A stretch of 64,000 nucleotides of DNA, from sequence record NC_070998.1. The stretch is one strand, 5' to 3'. The translations under genes were made by a program, and so were the position numbers. The notes under the pieces are model-generated. The model searched no databases and was not told the origin of the DNA. It worked only from the letters and a program-made list of their open reading frames with translations. This document shows positions 39,590 to 48,994 of this stretch, piece by piece (position 1 is the stretch's first letter; every line of letters starts with the position of its first letter).

Positions 39590-39985
39590 ATGACTCATAA
39601 CACTGGTAATGAACTTGAATCTTCAGATATCTTGGATTTTTCAGATAACTGTGAGAACTTAGATGTTTTAATGAATGCTGATCAAGACTATTGGACTACA
39701 AGACTTGGTGATAAGAAACCGACAGTTGATTACGCTTTGCGTATGGCTGGATTCGCCCCTGCTGGATTTGATTTCACCACAGGTGGTGTTTTAAAGAATG
39801 GTGATCGGAATAAGTGTGTATTTAACCAAGCTGATCAAACTTGGTATAGTTGGTCAGGCGACCTTCCTTATAATGTAATTGCTGGAAGTACACCTGGGGA
39901 AGGTTGGAAAGTTCAGGTTTCTCCCTCCATTGTTACTAAATTACAAGAATTGGAAACTAGGATTCTTGCTTTGGAAAATAAATAA
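39590..39985 (+). CDS. anchor-only tailspike-like protein with C-terminal coiled coil (131 aa)
   Basis: N-terminus homologous to tailspikes A and C (GFAPAGFDFTTGG...WYSWSG) but ends KLQELETRILALENK*. Confidence 0.8.
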   Translation: MTHNTGNELESSDILDFSDNCENLDVLMNADQDYWTTRLGDKKPTVDYALRMAGFAPAGFDFTTGGVLKNGDRNKCVFNQADQTWYSWSGDLPYNVIAGSTPGEGWKVQVSPSIVTKLQELETRILALENK

Positions 39986-40386
39986 TGACTTTACAAGATT
40001 TCATTTCTCACTATCAATACAAACCTGATCCAATTAAGAAAGACATTTGGATTATTCCTAACAAAGTTAACAATCAATATCTTGATGATTGCGATGGTTT
40101 CTGTTTAGGAGTGTTGTTCTATGTTCTTGCTAATAGTTCACTTCTTACTTTCTGGTATTTGTTACTGTTCACAGACACTAGAATCTATTACGTGGTGACT
40201 AGTAACAACATTGGTCACGTCGTACTTCGACATGAAGATCAATACATTGACACTTATTCAAAAGCTTGGGTGAGTAAAGAACAGATGTTGTCTTATGGAC
40301 ATAAGTTCCATTGGTCTAAAATGTTCTTTTTCTGGCAAGTTGCTTTGAAAATGTTAATTGGTAAGATCTTAGTTAAAATGAAATAG
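39985..40386 (+). CDS. putative transglutaminase-like cysteine peptidase
   Basis: DDCDGF (Cys), GHVVL (His), YIDT (Asp) putative triad. Confidence 0.55.
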   Translation: MTLQDFISHYQYKPDPIKKDIWIIPNKVNNQYLDDCDGFCLGVLFYVLANSSLLTFWYLLLFTDTRIYYVVTSNNIGHVVLRHEDQYIDTYSKAWVSKEQMLSYGHKFHWSKMFFFWQVALKMLIGKILVKMK

Positions 40387-40395
40387 TAATAAATA

Positions 40396-40429
40396 CTCTC
40401 TACTTCTCCAATTAAGGAGAAGTAGAGAG
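40396..40429. terminator. hairpin terminator (resident family)
   Basis: ctctctacttctcc-aattaa-ggagaagtagagag. Confidence 0.8.
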
Positions 40430-40480
40430 ATTCTTTTATTGATTTTATGTACTTTAACATAAACCGCAGGAAATACTATT

Positions 40481-42619
40481 ATGTCAAGATTTAATACTGG
40501 GAACAATATCCCGTCGATATCAGAAGAAGATTTTTATGATAACTCCATGGCTTTAGATGAAGCTATGAATAGCACTGATCCTACATGGAGAGATCGGTTT
40601 AATGTTGAGAAACCTACGATCGACGCAGCTTTGAAATCCGCAGGATTTATGCCGGCGGCATTTGACTTTGTAACTGGTGGCACTCTTCAACCTGGAGATC
40701 GCAATAAAGCTGTTTATAATCCGGCACCTAACGGCGATAATAACTGGTATCGCTGGAATGGTGTATTTCCGAAGGAAATTGCTGCTAATAGTCAGCCTAA
40801 TCCCAAAGATGAAAATAATTGGGTATTGGCACATTTTAGAATTGGAATAGTCGAAAAGGAAGCACTTCGTAGAACATATTTGGAAGCAGGTTATAATCTT
40901 GTTAACGGTAGCTTTGAACAAGGTGGGACGTTAGTAAATAGTAATGATGTGCTGCTGCAAGAGCGCACAGGGAAAGTATTCACCGGTCCTGCGGGTATAG
41001 TTGCCGCCGGAACGAATCCGGCGAGCGGCGGGTTTGTTGATGTGTCGCCATTCGTATTGAAGACTGAGCCGCCACTGATAGCAAAAACAGGTTCATTCTC
41101 ATCTGGTGGGCGTGCGGAATCTATGAAATCTGCGCTTCTTTCTTCAGACGGTTACTACTACACACCGAGAACTGGTGTTATCACAGCGGCTCCAGGATCA
41201 TCTCCTAATTCTATGTGGGTCTGTGTGGGTCTGCTTAACGGAGCGCCCATAGACGACATGCTAAACTGGCTTGATGGTCGCCCGCATCTAAATGCTTTCA
41301 TTGCTGCTCGCGACAGCAAGTCAATTCGTGGCGGCGGGGTGGTCACTTTCCCTGCTGGCGATTACACGTTTGCTGATGAATTCGTGTGCGTAGATTACGT
41401 CAAGTTTGTGGGTGAAGATCGTAGCAAGTGTCGCATATTTGGTGCAGCGGGTTCAGGAGCGGGAAAGGCTGTAGTGAGAGCTTGCAAGTCGCCTGTCGGT
41501 TCTGCTGACATACCGGAATATCTATCTTATTCGGGGTTTAGTAACTGCACAATTAACGGCAACGCAACTTGGGATGTTGGCCTTTACGTTCGCCACTGTA
41601 CAAACGAATCTGTTTTCGATAACGTTACAGCGCAGAACTGTAAAAAGGCTAACTCAATTTTTATCGGCGTCTTTTATGTTAGTGCCAAAAATCACGTAAG
41701 CCGAGACGCACGTGACTTGGGTGCTGTCATCGGTAAGAAGATTTTCAGCGAAGGCGGGCTTCGTGAGGTTAATGCTTCAGCTTTCAATAACCTCAGAGGC
41801 AATTACGCAGGACTTGACGACGCCTATGATCCGACCACAAACCCATATGCAGGTGCCTGCATAACAATATGGACCGCTAACAGTTGCGCATTTGATTATG
41901 TTGGTGCCGAGAATGCTTACGGTGCTGGTGCTATTATCCGCAAAGGGATAAACAGCACAATCCCGAACTTGTATGTCGAGTCCAATGGGAAGGGCACTGC
42001 TGCTGTGGATAAGATCGGAGCCAGGATCATTGCTGCAGATTTCCCTTCACTGATCATTGGTTCCCTCTTTGCAACAAGACAGCAGAAGATTTATCTGGAG
42101 GGGAGCTCACTGCTGCAAGTTGGCGAAATCTACTCTGAGTCTTTTGCAAATGGAATTTTCATGGGCACAGGCAAAGTGCTGTTGATGAATGGCCACAGCG
42201 CCAATAATTACATTGGGGCAGATCAAGCATTCATTAATAACATTGAAACTAAACGCATTGCTCAGTTTGGGAATGTCCCTTTCACCAACTTCGCGAGCCT
42301 AGACTCCACAGCTGTTATTTTTGGCGAGGCAATGACAAATGTCCAAGTGGTGATGGTGCCTAGAGTAACTTTAACCACGGCAGACCCGATAGTCATTGGG
42401 CTGTCAAATTCTCTATCCGGGGGGCAAGTGCTAGAATTTGGGACATCGTTTACTGCGGGAGTGCCTATTACCAAAACGTTCAGCAAAGTTTCTAAAGGTG
42501 CTGGAAGACTTACTCACCGGTCAAATTACCTGCCATCTACAACAACAAACTTTGCAATGGACGTGTTCATTATTCAGTACGTTTGTGATTACCAGGCTAT
42601 TTATAACAAGTGGTTTTAA
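40481..42619 (+). CDS. tailspike / receptor-binding protein C (pectate-lyase-like beta-helix)
   Basis: TGNNIPS..DRFN anchor, EALRRTY box, GGGVVTFPAGDY beta-helix entry motif. Confidence 0.88.
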   Translation: MSRFNTGNNIPSISEEDFYDNSMALDEAMNSTDPTWRDRFNVEKPTIDAALKSAGFMPAAFDFVTGGTLQPGDRNKAVYNPAPNGDNNWYRWNGVFPKEIAANSQPNPKDENNWVLAHFRIGIVEKEALRRTYLEAGYNLVNGSFEQGGTLVNSNDVLLQERTGKVFTGPAGIVAAGTNPASGGFVDVSPFVLKTEPPLIAKTGSFSSGGRAESMKSALLSSDGYYYTPRTGVITAAPGSSPNSMWVCVGLLNGAPIDDMLNWLDGRPHLNAFIAARDSKSIRGGGVVTFPAGDYTFADEFVCVDYVKFVGEDRSKCRIFGAAGSGAGKAVVRACKSPVGSADIPEYLSYSGFSNCTINGNATWDVGLYVRHCTNESVFDNVTAQNCKKANSIFIGVFYVSAKNHVSRDARDLGAVIGKKIFSEGGLREVNASAFNNLRGNYAGLDDAYDPTTNPYAGACITIWTANSCAFDYVGAENAYGAGAIIRKGINSTIPNLYVESNGKGTAAVDKIGARIIAADFPSLIIGSLFATRQQKIYLEGSSLLQVGEIYSESFANGIFMGTGKVLLMNGHSANNYIGADQAFINNIETKRIAQFGNVPFTNFASLDSTAVIFGEAMTNVQVVMVPRVTLTTADPIVIGLSNSLSGGQVLEFGTSFTAGVPITKTFSKVSKGAGRLTHRSNYLPSTTTNFAMDVFIIQYVCDYQAIYNKWF
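40853..41041 (+). repeat. conserved 189-bp tailspike junction box, copy C
   Basis: EKEALRRTY...FVD box aligned gap-free to copies A and B. Confidence 0.9.
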
Positions 42620-42622
42620 GCC

Positions 42623-42646
42623 AAAGCCCCTCAATCGAGGGGCTTT
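42623..42646 (+). terminator. short GC-rich terminator of donor type
   Basis: aaagcccctc-aatc-gaggggcttt. Confidence 0.8.
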
Positions 42647-42824
42647 CCTTTCACCGTCGTATCAATGAGTCTTTATTTGCACTCGTCCTGGTTGAACCAA
42701 CCCGGTAGGTCACGCAAGACGTTAATATTCTTGATACTGGCCCAGCCATGTAAACCACGATATCCTTGTTCTCACCAGGAATAGCCCAGATAAACAGAGC
42801 GCCGATAATGGCTCCGGTTTTTGA

Positions 42825-42987
42825 GTAAATACATTGCCCCCGCTTCGGCGGGTTTGTATTTATTGAAGTTGTAATAGAATGTACGATCGTGTTCTACTTG
42901 TCTCGCTTATTCTGTCAATGTAATATACAATAAATATATTATTCTGAATTGTTCACCCAACTCAATAGAGTTGGGTGAACTTTATTT
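42825..42987 (-). repeat. right arm of ~165-bp inverted repeat (partner 26068..26232)
   Basis: See left arm; includes cccgc-ttcg-gcggg hairpin and the 30-bp palindrome at 42951-42980. Confidence 0.92.
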
Positions 42988-45900
42988 ATCTTTTCATTTC
43001 GACGTTAACTATTACATCCCAACTTCTTTCATTATCTGTTAAAATAATTCTTAGTTGTGTTTCCCCTATCTTACCAGAACTACTGACATTTATTCTGTAT
43101 TTTCCATCTTCCACTAATTTAACTTTACTGTTAATAACTGTTATGAAAGTAGGATCAAAATCAACTTTACCGATTTCTATTGCGTTAAGAGGAACATCAG
43201 GTTCATTGTACTTATCTAACTTAACAGTAAAATCTATATCAGAATTCACATTAAGAACAGCTATTCCATCAGATACTTCCGAAACCTTAGGAATAACTGG
43301 ATTAACTTCAATACCAACCTTACCTGAACTCACTGTTATACCGCCTAAGTTTACACTAATAATAAACCCACCATTACCGCCCAAATGACTTAACATCAAA
43401 TGCGATTGATAAATGCCATTTACTGGATCTATTAGTTCTATAAAACTATCGGTCCCGATAATGGTTGGTAAATTATTATCTCTATTTTGATACCCTACTC
43501 CAGCTGTTCTGGCGTTATAAATATAAGAACCAGCTTGGTCTTTTAGTTTATACAAAATAGCTTGTTTGGTACTAGCTGTAAGGTTATTAGTTAGTAATTC
43601 AACAGTTATCCCACTGACAACTCTTCTTGTTACTTGTACTAATCCACCTACTTCCTTCCTATATAAGCTAACGTCATCTAACAATCTAACTTCCAAATCT
43701 ATTTCGGAAATATCGTCTTCCCCCATAGGAACAGATTTAGTTGTTTCTAAAATTATCCCGTTAGGTTCAATTGACTTAACAAAGACTTCAATGGAAGATA
43801 AACTTACATTTACACTAACTCTTGGGTCATTAAGAGAAACGCTAGCCCCGTTGTAAATAACAGAAACATTGAGTTTATTACTTAAATAAGACTCAATACT
43901 AACCACCCCATCCATAATAACTTTCAATGGATAACTTGGTGAGATATCGGTTATTACGCTTAGTTCCCCTAATAATCCAGGTTCATTAGGATCTATGCAT
44001 CTCAGGATGGAAGTAACCAATCCTTGTTCTATTAAACTATATCCAATAGTAATAAACTGATCAGTTACTTTCTTTAATCCACTAAAGGTTACATTGGGAT
44101 GTAAAGTAGAAAGTTCGGGTTTATACAAGACTCGATTATTTATCCGCTCACGTTTATTGTAAACGCAAACATCAAACTCTCCGCTTTCTAACTCCCTTCC
44201 TTCTATATCTTTAATTCCAGGAATTAAAGCTAAATCAGGTCCTGTATAACCTAAGATTTCAAACTCTTGTTCCCAAGAAAAGTCTTTCTCAATCCCATCT
44301 ACCAAAATCTTAAACTTAAAGTTAACAGTCTGAAGACTAGTCTGAGTACCGCCGTCAACCACAATCCAAGTTTCTTTTATAGTCCAAGGATCAAAGTTAA
44401 TTATCACTGGAGAAGTTTCACTATTCTCAACATTAACAGATCTAACTTTATCACTAGATTCATTACCATTAATGTAAACTTGGAATGGCAATGGTCCTTT
44501 TTGATATTTAGTCACTGTTTTGTTAAAGCTAGTTCTAGGTCTTAAATCAACAGTAGAGACTTTAATAACTTCAACTTCTAGCTTATCACTTCTTGTATAC
44601 AACTCTCCATTACTAGCCGGGTGTTTTAATCCAAGATTAATACTATCGGTAATAACCATTCCAGGTGAATTAGAATCTTGAACTATTTCGTATCCAAAGC
44701 TCTCTGTATCGATCTCTGTTACATTTATAAGTTGTCTTTGACCAACCAGACCCGTATTAAGTCCGCATTGATTTAAAGCTATTCCAGACCCTTTTAAAGT
44801 AACTTGGTAATTGATATTACCAATATCACCTTTCTCCCCTTTAATTAAAACTGGTTCTAAATTAACCAATTCTAATTGTTCTTGTTCACCTAAAGGTTTA
44901 GTCACTTCTAACTCAACAAACAAATTACCTTTATTACCTTGGTAACTAAACTCTCCAATAATCAAATCTTTAAAACTAGAATTGTAATCAGAGAGGATAG
45001 TTGTTGGAACACCTATATAAAGTAAACCATCTTTCCAAGTTTTATCTAAGGTGTATTTATCATTAGTGAGTTTACAAGTTAGCCAGTTAGGATAAACATC
45101 AGGAGTAACCTCAGTACCGTTAACTCGACACTTAACAACAATACCAAGCTTGTATAAAGTAGAAGTTCTAATAGTTTCAGTTTGTGCTGAAACAACTAGA
45201 TTCCCAACTTCATCTTGATTGATCACAAAACCCACTGTAACTGTTTTAGAGAAGATGTAATCATCATGGGTTACATTGATACTGATTTCTACTCCATCGC
45301 TTAATACGGAGCCTGCAGAGCCTTTGATGAAGGTAAAAATACTTTCTAGTTTATTAGGAGATTGTTTCCCAGAAATAAACCCATTTTTACTTCTGTAAGT
45401 TAACTCCGTTTTAGCGGTTACATCAATACCGTTAACAGTAAAGAGATTAGTGAACCTGACTTCTTCACCTCGTTTACCAGATAAAGAACTAGGGAAGTTA
45501 TCAGTTACTGTATTGAGATCAAGTTGTTCTTGAACTAACTCTTCTACAAACAAGTGTACTGGTTCTGTACCAACAGAATCGTCAGTAATCAAAACCCCAC
45601 CGGAAGTAAAATCTTTCTTATCAATAAAAGTTTCACTTTCCCGGTAGAACTCTGATTTCTCGAAGAAAATATCCCCCATTAGTTCATTAAACTTTTCCAA
45701 ACCAAGCGCTTCTTCGTTCTTAACACAATACCCTAAAGCATTTCTCCAAACCAAATGAAGTAACTTACCTTGTACTTCTTTCCTATTAAACTTGTTCTTG
45801 AAATCAGTTAAGGTATTACAAACAACAACTTCTCGATTAAAGTCTTTGGCAATAGTTAACAAGCTAACTGTGGAAACAGGAATATCTACTCTAGCAAATG

Positions 45901-46144
45901 ACTTATCACGCTTCAATAAACAGATCTTCTTAGACCCATCGTCGTCAGTATAAACTGATTCAATCATAAAGTCTTCAGGTTTCAAATCAGAGTAACGGGT
46001 ATCAGCTAAATAGCGTTCTACTAAATTACCTTGTTCGTTTACAATTTCGTGTCTTTGTTTAAAGAACTGTTTCACAATAGAGAATAAAGGATCATTTATC
46101 TTCTTTGGGAATACCTTATGTTCATTAACTAACATATTCTTCAT
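42986..46144 (-). CDS. large putative virion protein with Ig-like beta repeats (1052 aa)
   Basis: Beta-strand-rich repeats; N-terminal domain paralogous to 54641..55240. Confidence 0.65.
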   Translation of the reverse strand: MKNMLVNEHKVFPKKINDPLFSIVKQFFKQRHEIVNEQGNLVERYLADTRYSDLKPEDFMIESVYTDDDGSKKICLLKRDKSFARVDIPVSTVSLLTIAKDFNREVVVCNTLTDFKNKFNRKEVQGKLLHLVWRNALGYCVKNEEALGLEKFNELMGDIFFEKSEFYRESETFIDKKDFTSGGVLITDDSVGTEPVHLFVEELVQEQLDLNTVTDNFPSSLSGKRGEEVRFTNLFTVNGIDVTAKTELTYRSKNGFISGKQSPNKLESIFTFIKGSAGSVLSDGVEISINVTHDDYIFSKTVTVGFVINQDEVGNLVVSAQTETIRTSTLYKLGIVVKCRVNGTEVTPDVYPNWLTCKLTNDKYTLDKTWKDGLLYIGVPTTILSDYNSSFKDLIIGEFSYQGNKGNLFVELEVTKPLGEQEQLELVNLEPVLIKGEKGDIGNINYQVTLKGSGIALNQCGLNTGLVGQRQLINVTEIDTESFGYEIVQDSNSPGMVITDSINLGLKHPASNGELYTRSDKLEVEVIKVSTVDLRPRTSFNKTVTKYQKGPLPFQVYINGNESSDKVRSVNVENSETSPVIINFDPWTIKETWIVVDGGTQTSLQTVNFKFKILVDGIEKDFSWEQEFEILGYTGPDLALIPGIKDIEGRELESGEFDVCVYNKRERINNRVLYKPELSTLHPNVTFSGLKKVTDQFITIGYSLIEQGLVTSILRCIDPNEPGLLGELSVITDISPSYPLKVIMDGVVSIESYLSNKLNVSVIYNGASVSLNDPRVSVNVSLSSIEVFVKSIEPNGIILETTKSVPMGEDDISEIDLEVRLLDDVSLYRKEVGGLVQVTRRVVSGITVELLTNNLTASTKQAILYKLKDQAGSYIYNARTAGVGYQNRDNNLPTIIGTDSFIELIDPVNGIYQSHLMLSHLGGNGGFIISVNLGGITVSSGKVGIEVNPVIPKVSEVSDGIAVLNVNSDIDFTVKLDKYNEPDVPLNAIEIGKVDFDPTFITVINSKVKLVEDGKYRINVSSSGKIGETQLRIILTDNERSWDVIVNVEMKR

Positions 46145-46324
46145 TCCTTTATTAGTTTAAGGATAGTCAAAACATCTTTATTTTGTTTTTCAATTCAGGT
46201 TACTATATTATAACTGACTAGGAAATCCCGGTTAGCCCGGTAGGGCAATTTGTTTGTATATTAGCGGAATGAACGTAGTGAATGACATCCTTCTTTATTT
46301 AATCTTTAATGTTTATTTTCTACT

Positions 46325-46351
46325 TCCAAATATTTTCAAACATATATTATT
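46325..46351 (+). promoter_or_regulatory. early promoter motif
   Basis: tccaaatattttcaaaca-TATATTAT (core 46343-46350). Confidence 0.6.
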
Positions 46352-46395
46352 ATAATGGATAAACAACAATATTAATTTAATCTAGGATTGAAAGA

Positions 46396-46761
46396 ATGAA
46401 AATAACTAAAGCTATGCTTAATACCCCAGGATGGGTATTTAGTGGACTGTTCTATGGTTATCCACTTTGTTGTATTAAAGAGTTTAATGAATTAAAACAT
46501 TTGCATTTAAAACATTTTAAACTCATAGGAACTGGGTATGTACCTTGTTCAAAATGCCGATCAAAGAGTAAAGCTGAGTTAATTAAAGTAATCACTGACA
46601 ATCGCTTTGATCCTAAACCGTTCCCAGAACAATCCGAATGGGGTGAAAGAGAAGAGTTCGTTAAGCGGTTGATAAAGGAAGGTCTCCCTGATAAATGGAA
46701 GTTTTTACAGCCAGTGTTAAATGAACTAATTAAGAATCGTAAAGTTGTTAAAAATAAATAA
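46396..46761 (+). CDS. hypothetical Cys-rich protein
   Basis: GYPLCCI and VPCSKC motifs. Confidence 0.7.
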   Translation: MKITKAMLNTPGWVFSGLFYGYPLCCIKEFNELKHLHLKHFKLIGTGYVPCSKCRSKSKAELIKVITDNRFDPKPFPEQSEWGEREEFVKRLIKEGLPDKWKFLQPVLNELIKNRKVVKNK

Positions 46762-46782
46762 CATAATCTAGGAGAAGAAAAA

Positions 46783-47226
46783 ATGTGCAAAGCTGATAAT
46801 CTTGAAGTAACTTTGGGTCCTGTTGAAGTTCGTGTCGATCTCTCTGCACCGCAGGATACTGTCACTGGTCGTGTTCTTCATAAGCTGATGTATAACAATA
46901 CGTCTTTGTATGAACTCGCGCCTAACCCGGCCGGATGTCCTAACAATGGTGGTGAACACACCCTTTGTATTACTGGGTCACGTCTGGAGGTTAACGCTTG
47001 GTTGGACTTGCTGGCGGAAACCTATCCGACTGTCGAAGAAATGGTTCTGAATGTTAAACGTAAGATCCATAAGGACTTTATCGCCGGCGACTGGCGAAAA
47101 TATAACCGAATTAATGTGAAACTTAAAGACCTTCAATATCTGGAACAAAAACCTCATCAAGACAGACCTGTTGCGGTTAAATGGTTTAAGAGTGTAGTTG
47201 AACAACTTGTCCCCGCTGACAAATAA
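46783..47226 (+). CDS. hypothetical protein
   Basis: ORF with SD aggag. Confidence 0.7.
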   Translation: MCKADNLEVTLGPVEVRVDLSAPQDTVTGRVLHKLMYNNTSLYELAPNPAGCPNNGGEHTLCITGSRLEVNAWLDLLAETYPTVEEMVLNVKRKIHKDFIAGDWRKYNRINVKLKDLQYLEQKPHQDRPVAVKWFKSVVEQLVPADK

Positions 47227-47237
47227 AGAGGTCGTCA

Positions 47238-47633
47238 ATGACAATTGATCAGTTAATAGAAGAAATCAAATCAAAACCTTTTTCCATCACAGTTAATAAC
47301 AAAAAGGTGAAATGTAGATTTCTTAAAGAAGATGAGAAAGTGTCCGCTAAAGACTACCAATTCTCAGTACAAGGATTTGGGTTCAGGGAATATTCTTCTC
47401 CTATAGAAATGGAGAAGTTGATGTCCAATTTGGACATTGGAAAGAACCAAAAGAACGAAAAGAAAGTCAGAGATTTTCTTTTATCCAATCCACAGTACTA
47501 CAAGAAAGGTCGGAAAGCTTGGGTGATCGCTGCTGTTAGCCACGATAATTATGGTGGGGAAATTTCTCCTACTAGTTGCGCAGACGGGTTGGTTAAAAAT
47601 TTCCCAAGTTTTTGCTTTATTCGTGTCATTTAA
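47238..47633 (+). CDS. hypothetical protein, paralog of 51671..52054
   Basis: Shared RFLKxDE...FxVxGxG motif. Confidence 0.75.
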   Translation: MTIDQLIEEIKSKPFSITVNNKKVKCRFLKEDEKVSAKDYQFSVQGFGFREYSSPIEMEKLMSNLDIGKNQKNEKKVRDFLLSNPQYYKKGRKAWVIAAVSHDNYGGEISPTSCADGLVKNFPSFCFIRVI

Positions 47634-47662
47634 ATCAATTACAAAATCTAGGAGAGAAAACC

Positions 47663-48463
47663 ATGCAATCACGTAACAAAGACATTTTTGTAAAATCAGC
47701 TTACTGGGGCACTTGGTCTCGGGTCCTGTTCAGAATGGGTGGCGAGAATCTTTATCAGGTTGAGGTAGACGTCACCCCTATCAATCCCCAGTTTGCCAGT
47801 TCGTGGATCGGGACCAAAGAAGTCAGGATCAGAAGACACTGCACACTTCCCAGTAGGAGCGACCATTACACTCATCATCTTCCCCATGAAGTGGTGTACC
47901 AAATGAAACAACATCTGTCTCAGGAGCAGATCGATATTATCCTTCATGCCGACATTTATAATCTGATAGATTGGGAGCGTTATCAAGAAGCGCATAACAA
48001 ATCAGGGGGTGGGGTTAATTTACTGGATTGCAATAAAACTATTACTCCTATCTTTAGACTGGGGTATGTCAATGATCAAGGTGGTGATATTCTCTACTGT
48101 GGTGTAGATTCCTTTATCAATAAACTCAAAGAAGATTTTGGTAAAGAGATCAACATTGACGAGTACCTTGTAACAGGTTGGGTGGAGATCCAAACTAAAG
48201 GCACAGTTTGTATTTACATCACGTGCAATAAAGACACTGGTGTCTACACAACTCACTTTATTAGCAAGGAAGGGAATGAACAACTTTACGCCAATGCATT
48301 GATGGAAAAGTTTCCAAGCGATTGGTATAGTCAAATCAAACCTTTGGTCAATCAGCTGTTAGGTAGTAAAGTAGACCAGTTGGAAATTAAAGCCGAGCTT
48401 GATACTTATATCGATCAGGTTAAACTGATTCTGGAACATGACGTGTTGTGGAGATTAGTATAG
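47663..48463 (+). CDS. hypothetical protein
   Basis: ORF 47612..48463; ATG 47663 after SD aggag. Confidence 0.75.
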   Translation: MQSRNKDIFVKSAYWGTWSRVLFRMGGENLYQVEVDVTPINPQFASSWIGTKEVRIRRHCTLPSRSDHYTHHLPHEVVYQMKQHLSQEQIDIILHADIYNLIDWERYQEAHNKSGGGVNLLDCNKTITPIFRLGYVNDQGGDILYCGVDSFINKLKEDFGKEINIDEYLVTGWVEIQTKGTVCIYITCNKDTGVYTTHFISKEGNEQLYANALMEKFPSDWYSQIKPLVNQLLGSKVDQLEIKAELDTYIDQVKLILEHDVLWRLV

Positions 48464-48465
48464 TA

Positions 48466-48993
48466 ATGAGTGAGTTAGAACAAGAGTTGTCTTTAATTCT
48501 TTCTGAGTCGGTTGGGGTTAGATCCCCAACCGTTACCAATTGTCAATTGATCGAATACATCGGTAAGGACAGACCAAAGAACGTAACATCTTTCAATATA
48601 GATAAACCTATTCTAACACCAGAACAGGAACTTATAAAGAAAGATCTGTTGAATCGACTGAAACTTATACCACCAGGAGTACCGGTATCCATTAAGTCAC
48701 TCGGTTTAGATAAAGAAGAACTAGGTGAGTTGTTTAAACATTTGACAATCACTGGTTCTACTATTCCTAATAGTTCTGTTGTCGAACAACCTAGACTGGA
48801 GTTCTTCTATACTAATTACAAAGGTAACGAAGAAAAAAGAGTTGTTTCAACAAAAGTTCACATCTGGCATGGAGTTTCAAAATACCATAAAGATAAACAA
48901 CATTTCTTAAGAGCTTACGATTACGATCGTGAAGGAATAAGAGATTTTGCCATGTCAGATATTTCTTGTTTCTTACAAGTTCCTGGATACTAA
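48466..48993 (+). CDS. WYL-domain protein
   Basis: FFYTNYKGNEEKRVV...FLRAYDYDREGIRDFAMSDI matches WYL fold pattern. Confidence 0.75.
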   Translation: MSELEQELSLILSESVGVRSPTVTNCQLIEYIGKDRPKNVTSFNIDKPILTPEQELIKKDLLNRLKLIPPGVPVSIKSLGLDKEELGELFKHLTITGSTIPNSSVVEQPRLEFFYTNYKGNEEKRVVSTKVHIWHGVSKYHKDKQHFLRAYDYDREGIRDFAMSDISCFLQVPGY

Positions 48994-48994
48994 T

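Noticed and set aside
26273-42619. Diversity-generating retroelement acting on tailspikes
   Set aside because: No reverse transcriptase; differences between box copies are mostly synonymous and not adenine-specific, and the boxes are not at C-termini.
42655-42835. Small minus-strand membrane gene downstream of the right repeat arm
   Set aside because: Needs a frameshift in an A5 run to give a ~60-aa ORF, and the left copy has ATG-TAA; at most a remnant.
26068-42987. Transposon or classical invertase shufflon
   Set aside because: No transposase, serine or tyrosine recombinase motif in any ORF in the window and no target-site duplication seen.
42975-44545. Plus-strand ORFs 42975..43388, 43566..43856 and 44267..44545
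   Set aside because: Antisense to the 1052-aa virion gene; low-information I/L/S/T-rich translations typical of shadows.
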